IMG/VR virus record: IMGVR_UViG_3300044979_000007 | Span: 6,899-70,898 of that record | Direction: 5' to 3' (one strand) | Length of the DNA: 64,000 nt | Source: a virus | Shown here: piece after piece, positions 57,502-64,000 of the stretch | Layout: each line of letters begins with the position of its first letter | Numbering within the stretch: the stretch's first letter is position 1 | Translations under genes and position numbers: made by a program | Notes under the pieces: generated by a model | Databases searched by the model: none | The model's input: the letters and a program-made list of their open reading frames with translations, nothing else | Told to the model about the DNA's origin: nothing

Positions 57502-58133
57502 TAAAGTCGGCGATAGCAGGTAAGTATTTTGACGTTGACAGTGAGTTATCTGGTGCTGAGGCTGCTGCATTCGTTGCGGCTGGATTTGCTGGGTGTATTC
57601 GCTATCTCCCTTTAAATTCATTAGATGTACCCGGATGTCTCACCTCGTTGGAATTGCAGATTCTCCTTTCCGCTGGTCTCTCCGTCGCCGCTGTTCAGCA
57701 CGTTGATTCTTTCCCGTGGACGCCAACGGCAGCATTAGGAACTTCACACGGCAACTATGCGGCTGCATATGCTAAGGCTATTGGTTACTCGTCCGGCGCG
57801 GCCATCTATTGTGACATGGAATCTCCGGCGACGACAGCCACAGCAGAAGACTGTATTGCTTATTTGAATGCATGGGTGAGTGAAGTGCAGGCTGCTGGTT
57901 ATGTCCCCTCTTTATACATCGGATGGGGCGTTCCGATGACACCGAAGCAGATTTATGATTTGCCGGTTATAGAAAGCTATTGGGCCGCATACAACTATAC
58001 AGATGGAGTTGCCACGAGAGGGGTACAAATTCAGCAGCATACCGCTAAAGTGCTTAACGGAATAAACTACGATCCGAACACGGTTGCCCCTGATTTGCTA
58101 GGCGATTTGCCGATATTTGTATTTTCGTCATAA
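57495..58133 (+). CDS. endolysin, DUF1906/Rv2525c-like GH25-related glycoside hydrolase
   Basis: FDVD...GCIRYL...LTS.E...L.AGL....Q, IYCDME, GYVPSLY. Confidence 0.85.
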   Translation: MVVKSAIAGKYFDVDSELSGAEAAAFVAAGFAGCIRYLPLNSLDVPGCLTSLELQILLSAGLSVAAVQHVDSFPWTPTAALGTSHGNYAAAYAKAIGYSSGAAIYCDMESPATTATAEDCIAYLNAWVSEVQAAGYVPSLYIGWGVPMTPKQIYDLPVIESYWAAYNYTDGVATRGVQIQQHTAKVLNGINYDPNTVAPDLLGDLPIFVFSS

Positions 58134-58157
58134 CTTTGTGATACTTATAGGCTTTCA

Positions 58158-58202
58158 GCCGATCTTTTGGAGTGGGTTCAAAGGGTCGGCATTTTTATTT
58201 TC
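58158..58202 (+). terminator. intrinsic terminator after the endolysin
   Basis: GCCGATCTTTTG...CAAAGGGTCGGC followed by ATTTTTATTTT. Confidence 0.7.
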
Positions 58203-58248
58203 AAAAAAAGATTTGGAAATTCGTTCAATCTTGTTTAATATTGTTCTC

Positions 58249-58419
58249 ATGAAAGCTAAAGAGGAAAGAAAGGTTACCAGGGTACATAAAGGTATGAGAT
58301 TGGACACGGTGGTGGTTGAAGGTGTAATGATGGTAGCTGATAAAGAAGGCCGTACCTTCTCTAATGTAGTCGAAAGGGCTTTAAAAAAGTATCTTGCAAA
58401 TTGGAAAATTCCGAAATAA
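58249..58419 (+). CDS. ribbon-helix-helix DNA-binding protein
   Basis: HKGMRLD..V...V...ADKEGRTFSNVVERALKKYL. Confidence 0.7.
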   Translation: MKAKEERKVTRVHKGMRLDTVVVEGVMMVADKEGRTFSNVVERALKKYLANWKIPK

Positions 58420-58437
58420 AACACCCAAAAAAATAAA

Positions 58438-59319
58438 ATGGACAAAGCAACATTAAAAAGAGCGTTTTCGGCGGTTGATAAGTCCGACGCCATAGCCGCC
58501 GGGTATTCCCTGTCCGCCGCCAGAGCCGCCGGGTATTCCCTGTCCGCCGCCAGAGCCGCCGGGTATTCCCTGTCCGCCGCCAGAGCCGCCGGGTATTCCC
58601 TGTCCGCCGCCATAGCCGCCGGGTATTCCCTGTCCGCCGCCAGAGCCGCCGGGTATTCCCTGTCCGCCGCCATAGCCGCCGGGTATTCCCTGTCCGCCGC
58701 CATAGCCGCCGGGTATTCCCTGTCCGCCGCCAGAGCCGCCGGGTATTCCCTGTCCGCCGCCATAGCCGCCGGGTATTCCCTGTCCGCCGCCATAGCCGCC
58801 GGGTATTCCCTGTCCGCCGCCATAGCCGCCGGGTATTCCCTGCCCGCCGCCAGAGCCGCCGGGTATTCCCTGTCCGACGCCAGAGCCGCCGGGTATTCCC
58901 TGCCCGCCGCCAGAGCCGCCGGGTATTCCGATAAAGACATTCAGGAATGGGAAGACATCCCTGTCTTAGATAAGCCATACACGCACTTGCTGGCCGATAT
59001 TAAAGAAAAGAAACGCATTCACAGGCAATCAACATGGGGGCCAGAAGATAAGCCAACCGACAAAAAACACATCTGCGATACGCCAATGTGTACAGCGGGG
59101 CATTTAGTCAACATGGTGGGTAAAATTGGATGGGGATTGAAGAATAAATATGGATGGAGAGATGCCGCCGCGCTGATCCATACAAAAGCCCATCCGAATT
59201 TCCCGCAACAAGATTTCGGAGCAATTGGAGATGAAAGAGCTATGGCCTATATTGAAGCGGCCGCAGAATTTGAAGAAACAGGAGTAAACCCTTTTGCAGA
59301 TATTTTTAAAGAAAAGTAG
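58438..59319 (+). CDS. decapeptide-repeat protein with C-terminal Cys/His domain
   Basis: 15 x A[R/I]AAGYSL[S/P][A/D], then TWG..HICDTPMCTAGH...AAALIH. Confidence 0.8.
   Translation: MDKATLKRAFSAVDKSDAIAAGYSLSAARAAGYSLSAARAAGYSLSAARAAGYSLSAAIAAGYSLSAARAAGYSLSAAIAAGYSLSAAIAAGYSLSAARAAGYSLSAAIAAGYSLSAAIAAGYSLSAAIAAGYSLPAARAAGYSLSDARAAGYSLPAARAAGYSDKDIQEWEDIPVLDKPYTHLLADIKEKKRIHRQSTWGPEDKPTDKKHICDTPMCTAGHLVNMVGKIGWGLKNKYGWRDAAALIHTKAHPNFPQQDFGAIGDERAMAYIEAAAEFEETGVNPFADIFKEK
58481..58929 (+). repeat. 30-bp coding tandem repeat, about 15 copies
   Basis: Unit GCCA[T/G]AGCCGCCGGGTATTCCCTG[T/C]CCG[C/A]C, head-to-tail with no spacers. Confidence 0.97.
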
Positions 59320-59376
59320 CGACCCGTTTTTTGATCGTACCTATCCTATTTAATTCAAAGCTAAAATCTATCGACA

Positions 59377-59549
59377 TGCACCTATTAATGTCGAGTACGG
59401 CTAACACCATTTTATCTTTCATCATTGGCTTTGTAGTAGGTGCTTTGGCTATAGCCTTTTGGTATGGGAGAGCGGTTGTAAAAGAGGGTGAGGAATATTG
59501 GGATGAAAGAGATATCTACAGCAAACCGCCACTTAGAAAAGTAAAATAG
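59377..59549 (+). CDS. single-TM protein
   Basis: ILSFIIGFVVGALAIAFW. Confidence 0.5.
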
Positions 59550-59574
59550 TTTTCAAAGGCAAGAATCGTTGGAC

Positions 59575-59685
59575 AGTCGGCTTGATTCGCTCAGGCTGAC
59601 TATATTTTAAAAAAAAGTTTTTTCAAGGATAGGATTTAATGGTTTTTGGAAAGGGGCGGTATTTCTATACTGCTCCTTATTTTTC
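59575..59685 (+). terminator. two tandem hairpins
   Basis: AGTCGGCTTGA-TTCGC-TCAGGCTGACT (59575-59601) and AAGGGGCGGTA..TACTGCTCCTT plus T-tract (59651-59685). Confidence 0.55.
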
Positions 59686-59705
59686 CCTTACTTTAAAATA
59701 ACAAA

Positions 59706-59939
59706 ATGAGCATTTCCGAAGTTGTTGTCTATAGTCGCGGCCTGTTTAATTGCTCTGTATGCGCTCCAAAAGAAATGGATGTAAATGACGTTACGAATGC
59801 CGTTAATGTCCAGTATCCGGCCGGAACAACTAACGGATGGGTATTAAGTGAAGATAAGACATTCAAGCAAGGAGGGCCAATGCCGGGTCCATGCGATCAG
59901 AATCCAGAAACAAGAATACATTATCTATTCAATTGTTAA
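59706..59939 (+). CDS. small Cys-containing phage protein
   Basis: CSVCAP...PAGTTNGW...PC...THYLFNC-like end. Confidence 0.65.
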   Translation: MSISEVVVYSRGLFNCSVCAPKEMDVNDVTNAVNVQYPAGTTNGWVLSEDKTFKQGGPMPGPCDQNPETRIHYLFNC

Positions 59940-59943
59940 CTAT

Positions 59944-60477
59944 ATGAGTGAATTTAAATGGACGGATGGATTAGTAATGCAATTCGCTAGGCAGATGGTC
60001 TTCGAATTTGATTACACTCAAGTTCTCACTGATTATACCATGCAGCCAAGGCTTGACAAGTTCAAAGCCTCTAAGCAGCCAAAGCCTGAATGGGAGATAC
60101 TTTCCTATGTTTATGAAAATGGCTTTTCGGATATGCCAAATCCAATTATTAAGCCAAACAGCGGACATTGGAATTATGCGGCAGTCGCCAATTATCCAAT
60201 CCACTCCGTCAAACGTCTATCAGATAATCAGACATTTACGGTCGGTGAGACGGTTAACTTTGAAGGGCAATGGCGTACAATCGCAAAATTTGCAGTTACC
60301 GAAACTTTTATGCAAGTAATGTTGAGCGGTAACCTAAGAGCGGGTTTTGCATCGATTGAAAAAGTCCAAGTTAATATGTCGCCTAAAGTTCCAAAAGAAT
60401 TTGGCGACTACATCCCGGTATATCTAACCCCCACACAGTTGTGGAAATTGCTTACACTCTTAAATACTACAGAATGA
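59944..60477 (+). CDS. hypothetical phage protein
   Basis: IHSVKRLSD...FTVGE motif; start ATG 59944. Confidence 0.65.
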   Translation: MSEFKWTDGLVMQFARQMVFEFDYTQVLTDYTMQPRLDKFKASKQPKPEWEILSYVYENGFSDMPNPIIKPNSGHWNYAAVANYPIHSVKRLSDNQTFTVGETVNFEGQWRTIAKFAVTETFMQVMLSGNLRAGFASIEKVQVNMSPKVPKEFGDYIPVYLTPTQLWKLLTLLNTTE

Positions 60478-60677
60478 AAGAAGACAAAGAATGGATTGCC
60501 AGGATCATCGAAAGTTCCACGAATGCCTTCCACTTAGAAGCCTGCCATATCCTGATAAATCTATTTTGCTGCAAATATGGTGCTCCATTTGAAGCGGTAG
60601 AAGGATTGGAGGACGCGGCCACAGAATTGAAAATAGCTTTAGATTGCAAAGATACTGAGTTGGAGCTCGCCAAATAG
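60474..60677 (+). CDS. hypothetical protein
   Basis: ATGA overlap. Confidence 0.55.
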   Translation: MKEDKEWIARIIESSTNAFHLEACHILINLFCCKYGAPFEAVEGLEDAATELKIALDCKDTELELAK

Positions 60678-60715
60678 CTTACTAATCCAATCTCTAAATA
60701 CTCTACACCAAAAAC

Positions 60716-60748
60716 AAGAAAGGCCCCGTAAATGGAGCCTTTTCTTTT
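60716..60748. terminator. bidirectional terminator between convergent operons
   Basis: AAGAAAGGCCCC-GTAAAT-GGAGCCTTTTCTTT. Confidence 0.7.
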
Positions 60749-60772
60749 ATAGAGCCCGTAACCTGTCCAGTT

Positions 60773-60985
60773 TTACCATTTGGCGGGTCGTTTGTCTTTG
60801 TCAGCTAAATCACTCAATGTGATCATTAACAATGCAAATGCAAGCGGCCAGCTGATAACGGACGCAACTAGCGTCACCATCCTATCCCCTTTTGTCCATT
60901 CTTTGCACACCACTAAGCAATTCCATCTTGACATGAAATAGGCGAATATGTAGCCGATACCCCAAACGATAAGGAATATTGTCAT
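60773..60985 (-). CDS. small two-TM membrane protein
   Basis: Two hydrophobic segments; SWP motif. Confidence 0.6.
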   Translation of the reverse strand: MTIFLIVWGIGYIFAYFMSRWNCLVVCKEWTKGDRMVTLVASVISWPLAFALLMITLSDLADKDKRPAKW

Positions 60986-61122
60986 TTCAATAGTATTTTA
61001 TGAATAGATAATCCAATCCATATTACATCCGCCAGTAGCAAGCCGACCAAAATACACAACGCACAGGCTACTATCAGGGCTTCAGCGCGCATTTTCTTTT
61101 CTAGTTCTTGGGTTTGTGTCAT
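60982..61122 (-). CDS. single-TM micropeptide (46 aa)
   Basis: Manual: MTQTQELEKKMRAEALIVACALCILVGLLLADVIWIGLSIHKILLK; ATGA overlaps on both sides. Confidence 0.55.
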   Translation of the reverse strand: MTQTQELEKKMRAEALIVACALCILVGLLLADVIWIGLSIHKILLK

Positions 61123-61331
61123 TTTTCGTTGTGGTTTTTAAGTGTTTCCTGAAGGATTTTGACTATCTGCTCCTTTGTGACATTGCCGTTATCTACAAGC
61201 AGGGAGAGGATTTCGTTATAGCCATCGAGTAGTATCTGATTCTTTCGGATCAGGTCTTTGGAGGCTTTCAAAGCGTTGTCGTTAAGTTCGACTAACTGAG
61301 CATTTGCAGACGGTTCTTTAAGCTGGTTCAT
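61119..61331 (-). CDS. hypothetical protein
   Basis: 70-aa helical ORF. Confidence 0.55.
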   Translation of the reverse strand: MNQLKEPSANAQLVELNDNALKASKDLIRKNQILLDGYNEILSLLVDNGNVTKEQIVKILQETLKNHNEK

Positions 61332-61344
61332 TGTTAACGTTTTT

Positions 61345-61421
61345 TGCCGCCAAAGCCCCGCCTCATTTACGAGAGCAGGGCAATTGACGCTGGCTTAGTC
61401 CGGGTACCAGTTCGCCGCTAG
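61345..61421 (-). ncRNA. candidate structured intergenic RNA
   Basis: GC-rich 77 nt with two stems (CUGGU/GCCAG; CGUCAA..GCCCUGC/GCGGGGC..UUGGCG); no family recognised. Confidence 0.35.
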
Positions 61422-61706
61422 CTATTTTTCAATCGTTACTTGTGATCCCCACGACCAATGGTTATTATCAAAATCGAATACGCACCTGTCTTTATCACAT
61501 GACCAAATTTCTTGCATTGGTATATTATCCTTGTCATCAGGAAAAGAAGTTTCCGGAGAGAACATTTCGATACCTGTTATCCGGCACCTGCCATGTTTCG
61601 AGGACGCGAAATCTCCGATCTTGATCTTATAAACCTTATTGTCGCCGGGTGAATAGATTGAATCCAAAATAGGTTTAAAGGCTGGATGGACATTTTCGTT
61701 TGACAT
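61422..61706 (-). CDS. hypothetical protein
   Basis: ORF in the minus-strand early operon. Confidence 0.6.
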   Translation of the reverse strand: MSNENVHPAFKPILDSIYSPGDNKVYKIKIGDFASSKHGRCRITGIEMFSPETSFPDDKDNIPMQEIWSCDKDRCVFDFDNNHWSWGSQVTIEK

Positions 61707-61709
61707 GGT

Positions 61710-61949
61710 TTATTTTATTGTTTTAATTGCTTCTTTCAATAACCTTATTTCATTACGCATGTAGGCTTTGGCCTCTTTTACGGCCGCTGACCGCTTGGTG
61801 AAGTAACTGAATCCATCCAACCGGCTAAGTCCAAATTCAAATGATTCCATAAGGTCGTCTGCATTTCCTTCGTCACCCTCCTTTAGTTCCATGATATATG
61901 TCTCATCATTATCTCTGACCAAATAGAAAATCACTTTTATTTTGCGCAT
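61710..61949 (-). CDS. hypothetical protein
   Basis: ORF in the minus-strand early operon. Confidence 0.6.
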   Translation of the reverse strand: MRKIKVIFYLVRDNDETYIMELKEGDEGNADDLMESFEFGLSRLDGFSYFTKRSAAVKEAKAYMRNEIRLLKEAIKTIK

Positions 61950-61974
61950 GTTATTAAAGTATAAGGAGGGTTAT

Positions 61975-62247
61975 TTATTTGGTTGTCAGTATTAATTCCC
62001 AATCGTTTTCGCAGATGCTTAGACGGATAGAGTGAAAGGACAAGTCTACGCTGTGGTATCTGAACCACGCCATAATATAAATGCTGTTGTCTGTCCAAAC
62101 TCCCATCAAATGAGCGCCATTCTCTACTTCATTCTTAGTGAAGCGAGGATATCTAACGCGCGTACATTTCAACCCTTTCGGAAGCTGGTTATCCACAACA
62201 GCCATTAATTCTTTCTTAGTCATTGGTTTACTTATTGGCTTCTTCAA
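61975..62247 (-). CDS. hypothetical protein
   Basis: ORF in the minus-strand early operon. Confidence 0.55.
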   Translation of the reverse strand: MKKPISKPMTKKELMAVVDNQLPKGLKCTRVRYPRFTKNEVENGAHLMGVWTDNSIYIMAWFRYHSVDLSFHSIRLSICENDWELILTTK

Positions 62248-62476
62248 TAACGGCTTTAGCCATCAGTACGGCGGTTTTGGCGGTTCTACTAGCGAGATCA
62301 TCCGCCTTATCATTTTTAGCCATGTCCCAATCCGCAGAATCCATCAGCCCTTGCATCATTAATAGAGAAGCATACTCAAGTTTGGTGAAGCCCCCATTTG
62401 CCGGATCGGTGTAGGAGGCTTCGGCGTAATCGCTAATAAGTAAGCGTGGGAATGCGCTTGATTTTAAATTTTCCAT
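62228..62476 (-). CDS. conserved small phage protein
   Basis: SAFP...GFTKLEYA....MQGL, a common phage AFP/GxTxRxYxA..AMQG motif. Confidence 0.7.
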   Translation of the reverse strand: MENLKSSAFPRLLISDYAEASYTDPANGGFTKLEYASLLMMQGLMDSADWDMAKNDKADDLASRTAKTAVLMAKAVIEEANK

Positions 62477-62497
62477 AAATTTATGTGGTTAAATTGT

Positions 62498-62713
62498 TTA
62501 CTTACTGAATCTTCTAGCGTTAGACAAAATATGGTACACCCCACAGGCGCTCATTTTATACTTTTTGGCTAATTCTTTTACGCTCAACAAGGCACGATCT
62601 TTTCTAAGATTAGATACTTGAGTGTCCGATAACTTAGCCCTGAAATGACCCTCCCCGCTTTTCCTTCTAATAGGCACTCTAGCGTTTTTAGCTTGCTCTT
62701 TTCTGGTTGCCCA
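62498..62713 (-). pseudogene. HNH endonuclease C-terminal remnant
   Basis: WATRKEQAKN...GEGHFRAKLSDTQV...VKELAKKYKMS; preceded by an in-frame TGA; upstream ATG 62760 is out of frame. Confidence 0.65.
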
Positions 62714-62763
62714 TCATGGGGGCCTCTACCCGACTTATGCCGTCTACCTTTGTTTTTCATAAA

Positions 62764-62979
62764 TCAATATTCAATGCGTTTAACAAATAAGCCATGCGGA
62801 TACTTAGGTTGATAGCCTTCGCCAGCGTCCTCCAATTGAGTAATATCTAAACAGCTATCATCATTATGATGCGCCCAAGATTCCGCATCCTCTTTATGGT
62901 TCCCGAAATTACCTTTGACCATATAATCCTTCCCCGAATCCGTCAAAGTAAATACTGCGTATGCTATTTTCTGGTTCAT
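62764..62979 (-). CDS. hypothetical protein
   Basis: 71-aa ORF with A-rich start. Confidence 0.6.
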   Translation of the reverse strand: MNQKIAYAVFTLTDSGKDYMVKGNFGNHKEDAESWAHHNDDSCLDITQLEDAGEGYQPKYPHGLFVKRIEY

Positions 62980-63035
62980 AAATTTTATTTTTTAAGGGGG
63001 TTCTGTTCTTTGTATTTCCTTTTGATGAAGGGAGG

Positions 63036-63206
63036 TTAATTCAGACGGATATTGCATTGCCTGCAAATAGCGATTAGTTCTTTTCGGGTTCTGAAGGCTA
63101 AGCAAAGGAATAAATCCCCATCGCTGTACCCGTAACGAGTTCCGGCTTTAACCGCCAGCAATATCTCCCGGATCATGTCTGCGTTTGTTATTTTAAGAGC
63201 TTTCAT
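63036..63206 (-). CDS. hypothetical 56-aa protein
   Basis: Manual: MKALKITNADMIREILLAVKAGTRYGYSDGDLFLCLAFRTRKELIAICRQCNIRLN; first gene after a promoter. Confidence 0.55.
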   Translation of the reverse strand: MKALKITNADMIREILLAVKAGTRYGYSDGDLFLCLAFRTRKELIAICRQCNIRLN

Positions 63207-63243
63207 AACTTAGTTTTTTATTTGTTTATCTGATTGCTTGGTA

Positions 63244-63269
63244 CAAATATAGGGTGATAATTGACAACC
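63244..63269 (-). promoter_or_regulatory. -7 promoter with adjacent imperfect palindrome
   Basis: TATATTTG (minus, 63244-63251); GGTGATAATTGACAACC imperfect inverted repeat. Confidence 0.55.
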
Positions 63270-63288
63270 TCCAAATGTTTTTGGATAT

Positions 63289-63477
63289 TTATTTTTGAGG
63301 TTTCGCGCATTTAGCCGTAATGTGCTGATTACTATATAATGTATGCAAAAAATAAGTTTCACCGATTTTCTCGTATTCGGTCACATAAGGGAGCGCGCGG
63401 CCATGTTTGATCTGTTTTAGGACAGCTTGCCGGGAAATTCCCCTTGCTCTGGCGTATTGAGTTACAGATAATTTCAT
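63289..63477 (-). CDS. HTH DNA-binding protein
   Basis: SVTQYARARGISRQAVLKQIKHG. Confidence 0.75.
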   Translation of the reverse strand: MKLSVTQYARARGISRQAVLKQIKHGRALPYVTEYEKIGETYFLHTLYSNQHITAKCAKPQK

Positions 63478-63941
63478 AATTTATTTATTCGGTCAAATAA
63501 TACAATTGATCCAGCGACAGCAACATTCAGGCTGCGTTCGCCCGGAAGATAAATAACGTGCTGACATTTCTTCATAATAGTTGGTGGCAATCCGTGGTCT
63601 TCTGCACCTAATAAATAACATGCCTGTTTCGGATGGACGAAATTATTAATAGGGTGAGCAGTCGCATCTAATTCGATGCCTATTAACCTGCAATCGTATG
63701 GTCGATGAGCATTAAAATCATCGAAATCGGCATATTGAAAAGTAGGTACATGCCTCCAAGATTTCATTGTGTCGCTTGCCTGCTGTTTGAATCTGCAACC
63801 AATAAGATAGACGAAATCAGCGCCAAATACCTGCGCAGATCGAAACAGTGTCCCATAATTGACGCTATTTTTCATTGAATAGACACCAATGCCAAAATAT
63901 CCGCTATCTTTCATCATGCGCCAAATATAATAAATATCCAA
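63474..63941 (-). CDS. minimal SPOUT (SpoU/TrmH/TrmL-like) RNA methyltransferase
   Basis: NYGTLFRSAQVFG (motif 1), LLGAEDHGL (motif 2), SLNVAVAGSIVLFDR (motif 3). Confidence 0.92.
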   Translation of the reverse strand: MDIYYIWRMMKDSGYFGIGVYSMKNSVNYGTLFRSAQVFGADFVYLIGCRFKQQASDTMKSWRHVPTFQYADFDDFNAHRPYDCRLIGIELDATAHPINNFVHPKQACYLLGAEDHGLPPTIMKKCQHVIYLPGERSLNVAVAGSIVLFDRINKL

Positions 63942-64000
63942 TTAGCAACCTAGCTAATTAGCAACTTTAATTATTTCTTCCTATCTTAGCTTTATTTAAC

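Larger units (their letters stand above)
1..64000. mobile_element. Bacteroidota tailed phage (podovirus-type, crAss-like structural module) genome segment
   Basis: TerL, ~830-aa portal, ~480-aa capsid, tail tube/nozzle, ejection and lysis genes; dense small ORFs; TAnnTTTG promoters; no host housekeeping genes. Confidence 0.93.

Noticed and set aside
58481-58929. CRISPR array
   Set aside because: The 30-bp units are head-to-tail with no unique spacers, lie in frame in a CDS, and no cas genes are present
58155-58978. Long minus-strand ORFs 58155..58940 and 58361..58978
   Set aside because: Open only because the 30-bp repeat lacks stops; the plus-strand ORF has a proper start context and a C-terminal domain
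61345-61421. tRNA gene
   Set aside because: Right length but no cloverleaf, T-loop GTTCRA context or acceptor stem
1-64000. Stop-codon reassignment as in some crAss-like phages
   Set aside because: Standard code gives full-length TerL, portal, MCP and giant ORFs; TAA, TAG and TGA all end genes; no suppressor tRNA seen

Overview
The whole 64 kb is tailed-phage DNA, almost certainly from a Bacteroidota-infecting podovirus whose structural module resembles crAss-like/Cellulophaga-podovirus relatives. The host call rests on TAnnTTTG -7 promoters, A-rich translation starts without Shine-Dalgarno motifs and Sec signal peptides with Gln at +1. Order: small early genes on the minus strand (1-3.25 kb); Cro-like HTH, YopX, HNH, replication protein and T7-gp4/Twinkle-like primase-helicase (3.3-10 kb); a glycosyltransferase/methyltransferase cluster (10.6-15.3 kb); TerL, portal, scaffold, major capsid, ring/tube proteins, GroES and tail nozzle (15.7-33 kb); ejection proteins including a 1971-aa protein (33.9-42 kb); an SLT-like hydrolase; three large signal-peptide-bearing fibre/enzyme proteins (45.5-55.2 kb); lysis genes; a 30-bp tandem-repeat gene; and convergent early genes including a minimal SPOUT methyltransferase. 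No DNA polymerase, virion RNA polymerase, integrase, tRNA or CRISPR array was recognised. The most notable observations are: (1) tail-fibre-like proteins with Sec signal peptides; (2) a histidine-phosphatase domain inside the giant ejection protein, bracketed by two overprinted +1-frame basic microproteins; (3) structured uORF-containing leaders ahead of two HNH genes; (4) a hidden leaderless zinc-finger gene and operator-like repeat between TerL and portal. All product calls come from reading motifs by eye; no database search was run.
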